Below are positions 52,886-64,000 of a stretch of 64,000 nt of DNA, in pieces. This DNA is from Hydrolagus colliei. Lineage: Eukaryota. The stretch spans positions 37,324,001 through 37,388,000 of the forward strand of contig CM068746.1 of assembly GCA_035084275.1 (NCBI GenBank), read 5' to 3'. The notes below the pieces were generated by a model that did not search any database, was not told the DNA's origin, and saw only the letters and a list, made by a program, of their open reading frames with translations. How positions within the stretch are numbered: position 1 is the first letter of the stretch; each line of letters starts with the position of its first letter. The translations under genes and the position numbers were made by a program.

Positions 52886-54009
52886 TACTATTATACTATA
52901 ATTATTATTATTGTTGCACTGAAATATTCAGGAATTTGAAGTGAGAAGCTTTAGAAGTAGGTTAGCCTTACCTGGACATGTAGGCTTTTACATTGATACC
53001 AAATAAATCAGATGGCTATTAGGGAACAATATCTATGTTAAGTGTGTTAATTTCTATTCACACACAATAAATTGCTTCACTTTCAACTCCAGGATTAAAC
53101 AAGCAATAGAATTTCCATTCATTGAATCCGTTTGAGCCACAAACCAAAAATCTTGACGTTTAAACTGATGCTTGAAGACTCTTATATAATGGTTACCAAG
53201 GATACTATAAATCTTGCACTCCATGTTATACCATTTCCCTCTGGCCCCCAGGAGAAGTGAAATCGAACATTCAAATACAACACAAAATGACAACCACTTA
53301 TTCCTATGTTGGGTAAATACTAAGACACTGTTGTGCGCAATTGGCTGCCACATTTCGCCCATAAAATACACAGTCAATCCACTTTGCAATATATTCTATG
53401 AAGCAATTTGAGACGTCTCAAGCACGTGATAAGGTGCTGAATCAAATGCAATGCTTATTATTATAAATATCATTATTATGATTATTGACCGGCCAATAGC
53501 TCAGTGACCAATATGATAATTATCACTCGTTAGTAGAAATCGCTGCATAATTGACCGCAAATATCTCAAAGAATCGTAATTTGCCAGTGGGGTGAAGGGG
53601 GTTGGTGGTGGTTTAAATGTAGTTAAACTATCTGTGCTTTTAGCGATCTGCTTCAAACAGATCAAAAATGAGATGCGAATTCCACCTCCCAAGCATCGAA
53701 ACATCATCCTACACACTGCTCCTACCTGCACTGCATCCTCGCTGGTCTCAGAATCAAAGTCACCTTGATTTAAATTCATTCTTGAAAGGTGAGCATGAGT
53801 TTGCTGTTTGTTTGGCGAATTTCTTAGTTCTTATCAATATTTAATTGCTGAGTTGCAGTTGATCTGCGGATGTTTCAGCGTCTCACTTTTTTCTTTCATC
53901 CCCTTATCTGTGTCACATGATTTAAGAGAGGCATTTTTCATTATACAGTATGCGCTCAGCCTCACCCCAATTAGTCTGGAGAATTTCCATTCATTGAATC
54001 CATTTGAGA

Positions 54010-54338
54010 CGTGGAGTCCTTTAGCTCAGTGGTTAGAGCACTCAGCTCACAAGCAAGAGACCTGGGTTTGATTCCAGGCAGAGCGAAACCTTGGGCAGGT
54101 TTCCTTACTCTATTCGCCTGATAATAATCCCTCAAAAAGCATGATAATAAATTGGTCATTTCAATCCACGACTGTTTGAGAGACACTGCTGTGTGCACTG
54201 CTCTATGTGACTGCTTCATTTCCCCCATAAATATACAGTCAATTCACTCTACAGTAAATTCTGTGAAGCGTTTTGAGACGTCTAGAAATCGTGAAAAGCG
54301 CTATAACAGTTGCAAAGATTATTATTATTATTATTATA
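54010..54338 (+). mobile_element. tRNA-derived Deu-type SINE, full length
   Basis: Family consensus with (TTA)n tail. Confidence 0.85.
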
Positions 54339-57300
54339 ATTATGTATTAATAATCCTTGCCTTTAACACAGATTGTGTTATACAAACGTAATTTGGGCGT
54401 TGTTGTTAAAAGGTGTTAGTGGACAGAGATGTAATAATAACGCTTCACAGGGTTTAATGTACTGTACAGTATAGTCTGTGAGGCTCTTTGAGATGTGTAG
54501 AAGACATGAAAAGCGGTACCTGTATTTCAAATGCAAGACTAATTATTCCCATCGCCTTGGGACGTCCTCCTGATGGGAAAGGTGCTACACAAATGTAAAA
54601 TTTGTTTGTTTCTTGGTGTTTCCCATCAATGTGTTGTATGTGTGTGTGTATCTGTGTGCGAGTGCGTGCGTGTGTGTTTAGAAGGTGGGGAGCCGACCTG
54701 AGACCTTAGAAAATTGGCTGTGCCTTGAACTCAGTTAAAATTAATCTTGAGTGTCAGCATCTGATCAAAGTTTCAGGATGATCAGAAACGGGAGATCCCA
54801 TGATTCCCTCAAGATGCACTATTCATGTTTTCTGAAGTAATTTGCAAATGTCTTTGCAGCTCCTTTTTTTTTTTCGCATGACACACTTACTTCATTTGCC
54901 AAGTGAACGACTTCCAGGGCTTCTTCCTATTTTCATTTTGTTTCTCGCGTAGGAAATCAGACTTTAAAACTTGGTAGTCAGAGGGTTGCGAGTTCAAGCC
55001 CCACACTGAGACATGGAGTCCACATAGTGTTTGCTGACACTCCAGTGCAGCGCAGGGGGTACACTGCATTGTCGGAAGTGCCATCACTTGAAGACGTGTA
55101 GACGACGTGATAAGGCGTTATATCAAATATCTCAAAGTGTCTCGAGTTGACATTAATTGGTCACATACTTCTTCAAATTTTTTCCTCAGCCTTCGCTCAT
55201 GGGTAACAAAATTACCCCCGGAAGCCCTATCTTTGCTCACTTCTGATTGAAGTGCTACACTCAAGTGCAATGCATTGTCAACGTGTTCCAAAGGCTCTTG
55301 TTAATCGCTCATTACACGGCATTTAAAGTCAACTGTGGTATTATTTTCTACTTCGAAAAGGATAATGCAAGAATTACAGCATGGAGGAAAAAAAAGGAAT
55401 GATTACAAAAATGTAGATGCTGTAGAAAACTGGGTCAGTGGTTCTATTAGAAAATGCTGCAAGGGTATAATTTATATCCATTTCCAGATAACTGTCTATG
55501 AGAAAGAGTTTTCAAGCTGTTCTTATGGTATTTTGATATTAGTTGGGCTTAAATCTTGCGCTGTCACTCAAGGTGAATAACGTGTGAATAACTAAGATAA
55601 CGCAGCATTGCATTCGAATCACTTCAGTATTGTGCTAAACCCTCTTAATAAAAAAATGGATTGCAAATTTAAATAGCATTTGTTTGAAACGGTGGTTAGA
55701 ATTGATGTGTGACAGGTGTCTGCATATATAATTCATGCTCCCAGCTGATCATAAGTTAACCTGTCTTATTATGTGAATCAAAAGACCTGTCTGACCATTG
55801 TGGACATGCATTGCAGCCAAAGTAGAATTAGTTTTGGGGGAGCATAGGAAAAACTATGGCTAACGCTACGTGTTTGTAAGTCGTTAAATCCATTTAGCTT
55901 CAGTGTAGAAATTGATAGTGCAAATTGAGTTTTTTAACTAGCCTTCGATCACAATCAGACAATATCTGCACCATTAACAAAATAGAGATATTTTCCTGCA
56001 CTTAGAATTCAGGGAGTATTTGGGCTTTTTTTTAAAGCGGGTTTACAAGCCTTACTTCAGATAGGCTAATGAACGAACATTTACTCAAATTGCCCAACTT
56101 AATGTAGTAAATGGTACGTAGGAACAGGGGTAGGCCATTCAGCACTTTAAGCCTGTTCCGCCATTTAATTACTGTACATCATGACTGATCTGTACCTCTA
56201 TTAATCCTTTCAATTCAATTTTCCCGCTTTCTCCCCATATTGCCTTAATACCTTGACCTATAGACCTGTAGACTCGCTTTTGAGTAGCTCCGTGGAAAAG
56301 AGCGGGTTTGAACGACTTTTTTTCCCCCTCATTGATTCCAGTTCAGATTCAGTTCAGTTCCACATCCTATCTCAACAATCTTTTCCATCTCTGTCTTCCG
56401 AAACCACATCCAAAACATAACATTTCATCATAACATGCCTGCCACTTGCTATGTTATGTAGAATAACGTAGAAAGGGAGGAGGAAATCTTTCCCCTGACT
56501 GGTATGAGTTTGTTTATATTCTGAATATGCTTATTCAATGCATCTATGTAAATACGTGACTCAGAATCCAGTTCAAAATTAGTTTATTTGCACTTCTATT
56601 GTGTTTTAGGATTTAAACAACAACAAATTACATTTGTATAGCGCCATTCATGTCAGGAGGACGTTCCTATAAATAAATTGTATTAGCAAACATATGCTGG
56701 TGTTTTGCACTCCTGATCTTGTGCTAGTGTAGAATAATAAAGTAATAATAATCCTTGCATTGATATAGCACCTTATTGTATCGTTGTGATATCTCAAGAC
56801 GCTTCACAGAACATATGGTAAAGTGGATTGCCTATGTATTCTGTGGGTGAATCGCAGCAGCCAATCGTGCACTGGAGGAGGGACTACCCCCCGAAAAGCA
56901 ATCCCTCAATCAACTAACAACTGGGTTCCAATTACTGTCACACAGTAAGGAAACTTACCTAAGGAAACTTGCCTCAACTGGGAACCGAACCCAGGTATTC
57001 CCACTTGTGAGGTGAGCTTGCTAATCACTAGGCTATGGTACTTTATATATAGAAAACGGTTACTGCTTCCAGTGGCCAGGTAAATGCCATGGTGATGTTA
57101 TCTGAACCATCTGTGCGCATTTTCTGTCTGGCTTCTGACTGCCAATGCATGAGTATTTTTACAGCGGTACCTCTCTGATATTTAGAAAACCTGGAATGTC
57201 AGAATAAAATGTTCCGTCTGGCAGCCTCTTCCTTGTTAACAATTTCCTTCTTAAAGACTCCAAGCTGTCAAAAATTATCCAATTTTTTCCTCTTATTTCG

Positions 57301-57356
57301 GGTAGGTTTCTGCACCACTTGTCAGTGTTGCTATCACGGCTCCTCGTTTATTATTA

Positions 57357-57665
57357 TGGAGTACTGTAGCTCAGTGGTTAGAGCACTTGCGTCACAAGCG
57401 AGAGGACCCAGGTTTGATTCTAGGGCACAGCGAAACCTTACTTCACACGTCTCTGCTTACCATGCAGTAAGTAGGAACCGAATAGTCAACTGATTGTTGG
57501 ATCGCTATCCTGGGTTAATAACCATCCAAAACAAATGTGGTCACTCAATCCACGACTGTTTGTAGGACACTGCTGTGCGCAATTGGCTGCTGGGTTTCGC
57601 CCACAAAATATACAGTCAATTCACTTTACTGTACATTCTGTGAAGCGCTTTGAGACATCTCAACG
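57357..57665 (+). mobile_element. tRNA-derived SINE, long subfamily
   Basis: Head, extra internal segment and core. Confidence 0.75.
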
Positions 57666-57864
57666 ATGACAGTTCACAGTCTTGTCTTCTCCATCTCCGC
57701 ATTGCAATGTATCTGGTCTTCTGTATTACATACAGAGTGGGTGTCCATCCACTCTGTAATCGGTGGCTAAGCCTTTCATCCTCTGGAACTATCTGCCCAA
57801 ACCACTTGCTACCATTTTCCCTGCCTCTAAACATCTTCTGAAAGTATCTCTTTGTGGTAATCAT

Positions 57865-58185
57865 CTAAATGACTATAACTAGGGGGTCACGGTTTTAAGG
57901 TTAGGGATTAGCCTTTTCGCAGAGTTGAGGAAACACTTCTTCACTCAGAGGGTAACGAATTTATGGAATTCTCTGCTCCAAAAGGGTGTAGATGCTCAGT
58001 CCTTGAACATATTCTAGACTGAGATTGATAGATTTCTTATGGATAGAGGGATTAAGGGATACAGCGATAAGGCGGGCAGGTGGAGTTAGATTAGAAGATC
58101 AGACATGATTTTATTGAATGGCGGGGCAGACTTAAGGGGTTACACCTGGCCTACACCTGCTCCTTATTCTTAGATTCTTATGTTC
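57865..58185 (+). mobile_element. CR1-clade LINE 3' end
   Basis: TRGH...FFTQRVTNLWNSL and tail cctacacctgctccttattcttag...tatgtt. Older CR1 fragments at approx. 390-960(-), 1130-1400(+), 4110-4495(+), 17480-17770(-), 49290-49475(+), 60300-60520(-). Confidence 0.8.
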
Positions 58186-61059
58186 AAAATCTATTTCTCC
58201 ACTGAAATGTTCATCTCCACATTTGTTTTAATATCTACCACTTGTGTCAGCCCAGAATCTAAATGAAACTTTGTGTGTGAAGTCGGAAGGGAAAATGTTG
58301 GTTACTGACTATGTCAAGAGGGGAAACTTCATTGACATATTTTGTTGATGGATAGATAAATAATAAACAAATAATACATAAATATCCAGGCCACTGCTCA
58401 AAATGAGAGGGGAGTTTCTCTTGGTATCTTGGCCAACAATCCCCCAAACAAAATAGTCACTCACAATAATCTTTGTGGGACATTGCTGTATGCAAATTGA
58501 TTGTCAAATTTCACCCAGAAAATACAGTCAATTCACTTCGCAGTATATCCTGTGAAGTGCTTGACACATCTCAATGATATGATAAGGAATTAATCAAATG
58601 CAAGGGTTGTTATTATTGTCATTGCTATTATTATAGGGAAATAGGTAACAATGAATGGGTTCAGAATAATCTGGGTTTTGCTCCGTTTACGTTACAAGCT
58701 TTGCATGTCAGTGAAATGGATTAATGGACATTTGGACGATTGTATTGAGTACATTTGTCACATTTGTTCAGCAAGTCGTCTCCTTTTGGCTGACGGACAG
58801 TGACTGCCACTCTGTAGCCCCGGTAAAGGTATTCTAACGTCTGCAGAGCTCAAGACCCCATTGCTTGATCCAGCCCTGGGTGTGAATGCTGTTGCTATGC
58901 TCGAAGATTGGATTTTAAATCCCACTGCATATAAAAGAAGGGGGAAGCGTGGCTTTGCATACAGAGAGGCGTATAAGATGATTAGTTTACTCTGACATGC
59001 AGTGCGTGGGCAGGCTGTGTCTGATTGTTCAGCTCTCCTATTGTGAAGTGATTTCTGAGCGGAGTGTTTAGGGAACCCTGCGAGGTGTCGCACAGTGTGA
59101 ACACAGTAATGAACCGTTCCGTTTCTTGAGTATCATTATGAATAACCACATCTTTTTTTTAAAAGAGGTAGAGAAGTCCTGTACTTTTAGAATAGTGGCG
59201 ACCTACAAAAACTGCTGTAACATGATGGGGGTTGAAAAATTACTATATTAACAAACTGAGAGTCGCCGTGCTAATTGTGGAGACCTGTAGCTCAGTGGTT
59301 AGAGCAAGCGAGAGACCTGGGTTTGATTCCCGGCAGGTCAGGGCAAAACCTTGAGCGAGCTTCCTTACTCCACACGCCTGATAATAATCCCTCAAAAGAA
59401 AAGCACTGAATGAAATGTTAGGATTATTATTATTATTATTACTACTGTGTTCTGTTAATTTACCAGACATTTGCAACAGAACAGCTACTTCAGGATAATT
59501 GCCATTAAAATTTTGTGGGAAGCAGAACCCCATCCCCCACATGCATTCTCAGTGGTGAGACCGAAGTGTCTGAGGTAATCATAGTTCCTTTGATCACCAA
59601 GATCAAAACATAATCTGTAATTATTTGAAGTACGTCTCTCCCCCCCCCTGTTTTGGTCCTTGGCTTTCTTTTGATCTTAAACTATTACTTGCGGCTGGTT
59701 TTGAGATAGCAGGAGCTAAGGCAGCGACCTCGAGGCTTGGTTTAGCTGTGCCTTACCAAAGCACGTAGTAACAAAGAGGATTATGCTGCTACGTTTTCCG
59801 AAGTGAAGTGAATCCTTCCGTGTGCATTTTCTAATGGGATTTTAGTCCATATATGTACTCGGGAACGGAAGATTTGTGACACATGGCCAGTGAAGGAGAA
59901 CAGATTTTCACCTTTGTTGAAAAAAAAACATTAGTTAAAGAAACTCGATTTGAAAGTAAAGTGCTCATAATAATAATAAAACTTGCGTTTGATGTAGCTC
60001 GTTATCACGTCTTTGAGACGTCTCAAAGTGCTTCACAGAATATACTGTGAAGTGAATTGCACAGCCCACAAAACACTGTTTTGTGCAATCGGTTGCCACA
60101 TTTTGTCCACAAAATATACAGTCAATTCACTTTATAGTATCAGTGTAAGTTCCTTCTGCGTAGTGATTTCTTTGTGGTTGAATAGGAATACAGGCACTTT
60201 CAAGAAGCCTCATTTGGAAAATAAATTATATTAACGTAGGTAATCACCATGTAAAGGAAATTTTGGAAAAAATGTAAAAGTCCATTGCATCTTATTGGTC
60301 CAAAAGTTGAACTCTATCTCTTATATACCCTTCGATTGAATTACTTGTCAAGAGGCTGTCTAATTCCCTCTTGAATTTGCTGAGACAACCCCCTCCTCCC
60401 TTGGGTAGTTTATTCCACATACAGTATTCGCCACTCTCTGTGTGAAATAATTCTATCTGAAATGTATTGTTCACCTTTCCCCCAATCGGAGCTCCAGTCT
60501 GGGTACCCTTGTCAGTAGATTTTCATGTCTTAAGCTTTGAGACGAATCAGTGGCCAGCTTGACCCTGGATTCCGCAGGACTGGTAGTCATTCTTGATACA
60601 GTTATTATTATTAAACATCCCACATCCAAATGCAGTCTGATATACACAGCACAGTGAAAAGCCAAAATGATTGTATACCAGGGAAAGGTATCTGCATTCA
60701 TTCCTCCTACTAACAAAGGTGAATCTGTCCAATAATTTAGCTCCAATTTATGCGCACAGTTCATTTGCATGTTTTTAATATTATCTTGCTAATCCCCTTG
60801 CCTACTGTGGAAATTGGGTTTTTAATCACAGGCAATTGTTTGCGTATGTGCATGATTTTACTCTAATTTGTCTGCCAGAGATGAGCATTTGGTCCAATCT
60901 TTGCCTAATTGGCCCCGTAGCTTGTTTCTATTCCTAGCTTTGTGTCTGGCTGTTTCTTGTGGTGAAAGTTGGGGGGCTTGGAAAGAAAACTATTCTTCCT
61001 TGAGCTGTGTAATGGGCAGCTTTGCTACTATAGCTGCTGAATGCAGGTCCACTGGTGAC

Positions 61060-61447
61060 CTATCACAGAATGGATGGGTTTCAAGATCCTCACACTCGTC
61101 CACAAATCCCTCCTCACCCTGGCATCTCCTTACCATTTTGACCTGTTTTCTTCCCACTCCAGTACCTGCTGACTCCACTCAGCTGGCTCTAGTATCCTAC
61201 TTGTCCATCATCCCCTCCGCTCCACCACCTTTCAGACACCACATTTTCAGACACTATGAACCGAAGCTTTCAAACTCTCTCCCCATATCCATCCAACTTG
61301 GCCCCTCCTTCACCTCTGTCAGATCACAACCTTCCTCTTTGACCATCCTCCTCCCACCCCAGGGCGCAATATCAGGTTCCACCCTTATTAATCGCTCTGA
61401 GACCCTGCCTCGAGTGAAGGGCGCTATATAAACGCATGTTGTTGTTG
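61060..61447 (+). mobile_element. L2 LINE 3' end
   Basis: FKILTLVHKSL remnant; tail gcgctatataaacgcatgttgttgttg. Confidence 0.7.
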
Positions 61448-61754
61448 AATGGGGCAGCAAAAATTGAGTGGCGAGCTTATCCCTGATGCCGGAACAACTC
61501 CAATGTCAAAATCTATTCACATTCTTCAAACTGAGTTTGAAATTTCATCCAGATCTAGGAACATAAGGTGATCTTGGAATAAGAAAAGGGCATTCAGGCC
61601 AACAAGCCTTTCCACAGCCTTTGTGCAATGTGCTCGTGGACTCAACCCAACCCACTTAATCTCACCAGGAAAGTTCAGTGTGAGTTACTCTCAGACTCTT
61701 AAAGGTAATAATAATAATCCTTGCTTTTGATGCAGCATGATATCACATCATTGA

Positions 61755-62172
61755 GACAACAAACAAAACAAACAAATTACATTTGTAGGGCACCTTTCAT
61801 GTCGGGAGGACGTCCCAAGGTGCTGAACAGTCAGGGATTGGGACTTGGGTAAGGGGATGTGGGGCAGGGTTGGGATGAGGGAGGGCAGAGGGGTAGGAGG
61901 GCGATTGAAGCCACGGTTGAAGAGGAGGGTCTTGAGACTGATCTTGAAGGAGGCAATGGGGGGAGCAAGGCGAAGGGACTGTGGGGTGGAGTTCCAAAGC
62001 ATCGGGGCAGAGAGGCTGAAAGCCAGCCGCCGATGGTAGGGCAGGTCGGGTGGGAGACGGTGCAGGCTGGAGCCTGCAGAACGGAGGGAGCGGACAAGTT
62101 GATAGGGGGTCAGCAGGTCAGAGAGCTATGAGGGGGCTAGGCCGTGGAGGGCCCTGAAAGTGAGGACAAGAT
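61755..62172 (-). mobile_element. L2 LINE 3' end (relatively young)
   Basis: LWNSTPQSLRLAP...FKISLKTLLF; tail ttgggacgtcctcccgacatgaaaggtgc. Confidence 0.8.
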
Positions 62173-62344
62173 CAGCTAACTCACTGTGAACGGGTGGCTC
62201 AACCGAGCACCTTCAGGATCAGTTGGGCTGAATCAGGAAGGGAGGGAGTTGAACATACATGTATTGTGAAGTACTTGCATGATTGGAATAGCTTGACCTT
62301 TCCTTGTGCGCTGTCTCACTGCACATTGTCTGACGTGGAGACTC

Positions 62345-62650
62345 GTGGAGTCCTGCAGCTCAGTGGTTGGAGCACTTGCCTTGCAAGTGAGAGACCTGGG
62401 TTTGATTCCTGTCAGGGCGAAACCTCGGGCAAGTTTCCTTACTCCACATAGCTGATAATAATCCCACACACACACAAAAAAATTGGTCACTTGAATCCAC
62501 GACCGCTTGTGGGACACTGCTGTGCGCGATCGGCTGTTCCGTATTGCCTACAAAATATAGCCAATTCAATTTACGGTATACAATATTCTGAGAAGCGCTT
62601 TGAGACATCTAGAAAAGCACTATATCAAATGAGAGGATGATTTTTATTAT
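62345..62650 (+). mobile_element. tRNA-derived Deu-type SINE, full length
   Basis: Family consensus. Further partial copies at approx. 4500-4815(-), 11735-11885(+), 15120-15230(+), 18980-19095(-), 25828-26050(-), 29215-29480(-), 30085-30195(+), 30580-30790(-), 34283-34448(-), 46510-46620(+), 49068-49205(-), 49477-49600(+), 51245-51520(-), 51775-51920(+), 53325-53465(+), 56745-57040(-), 59277-59400(+), 62930-63100(+). Confidence 0.8.
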
Positions 62651-63574
62651 TCCATATATAAGGGATCATCATTTTTTATATTGCGAGACCCAGGTGAAAG
62701 CTTCACAGTTCAGGACAAAGTCAGGCCCGAAAAGAGTAGGAGACGAGATAAATCTAAACAGTGATGGTTAAGTGAGGTGAGGGATTGGTTCTATGAATGA
62801 AGAGACCAGAATAGCGAATCCGCTGTTGGTTGGGAGATTGAAATACAATCCTCAAACACGATAGGTACTTTTGTCAATTCATAAAGGGCAAGATAGAGAA
62901 AAATTAATCAACGGATCGCTTTCTGGATGTAATAATCCCTCAAAGAAAAATTGGCCACTCAACCCACGGTTGTTTCTGGGTCAGCGCTGTACACAATTGG
63001 CTGCTGCGTTTCACCCACAAAACACACAGTCAATCCACTTGAGTGTGCATCCTTTTAAACACTTTGGGACATCTCAATGACATGACAAAGCGCGATATCA
63101 TTGATAAAAATTATGCTGTTTTGTTTTCGTAGTCATGGCCACACCTGAAACAAAGCAACAACAATGACAACAACAACTTGCCTTATATTGGGTCCTTTAC
63201 AGCTGCGGAGTCTGGCCCCGTCCACTGACTAAAGCAGTGGGAACGAGCACGGCACGTTAAGCGTGACTTGATTCCAGATCACAATAAGATCGAGCATCTT
63301 CAATAAATTCTCTCATAAGTGATATTGATTGCAGCATCTTGTAGGGAGGTCATCCACATCATAGCTCGTTTGCATTCATTAGACCTTTGTTGCAATTTGC
63401 TCTTTGTGGCTCGATTTCCCCTCACGCCCCAAAGACAATAAAAAGCTTTCTCCACAATTAACAGTCTTGAACCATTTCTATTGAGTTGAACAGCTGAATG
63501 ATAAATCCTGCCCTTTTGTGCCACCAGAATCAGTAAAGCATCATAAGGCATTGTGGTAGAGTGGACCATAACTT

Positions 63575-63862
63575 TGTATCTAGCTCCGTGAACCCATCAC
63601 CTTCACCCTCGCCCGGCTACACTGGCTCCCCATCTCCCAGAAGATAGGGTTCAAAATCCTTGTCCTCGCTTTCAAACCACCCTTGACCTTGCTCCTCCCT
63701 CCCCCTCCCTTTCCTCCCAACCCCTTCCTCCCTCTGTGCCTGCCAACCTCACACCAGCCTCGTACCCTCACCCACCCTGCCCTCCACCCCTCCTGCTCCC
63801 ATTCCCCAGCTCAGGTGTAAATCCTTGACTGTCGCTGTACAAATGTAATTTGTTGTTGTTTG
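63575..63862 (+). mobile_element. L2 LINE 3' fragment
   Basis: LARLHWLPISQKIGFKILVLAFK. Confidence 0.75.
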
Positions 63863-64000
63863 GTAGTAGTGTACCACAAAATCTGGACATAGAACAGCAG
63901 AATCCGGATGTGTATGCCATTTAGAGATAGCTGGGAGCCAGCATTAAGTGTGAACGTCATCATACACAGTCGTATATTAACTTAACACAAGATGTGTTGA

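Overview
Vertebrate genomic DNA, AT-rich and dense in repeats. The repeat complement suggests a cartilaginous fish, possibly a holocephalan such as the elephant shark; this is inference. Two spliced genes lie head-to-head. ORC5 is on the minus strand, with a CpG-island promoter and probable non-coding exon near 29.75-29.9 kb and ten coding exons that I traced by hand from 28003 down to 9595; I did not find the remaining exons in the window. LHFPL3 is on the plus strand, with its first coding exon at 42527-42929, a GC-AG donor, and intron 1 running past the window end. The rest is mostly a very abundant tRNA-headed Deu-type SINE, L2 and CR1 LINE fragments, Tigger/pogo-like MITEs and Penelope-like remnants. 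The most notable items are two nearby minimal hammerhead-ribozyme motifs in an ORC5 intron, a tandem duplication of the LHFPL3 GC donor region, a foldback Tigger-like MITE, and several template-switch-like rearrangements inside SINEs. Most ORFs in the supplied track are spurious repeat-derived frames. Repeat boundaries are approximate; exon boundaries were counted base by base.
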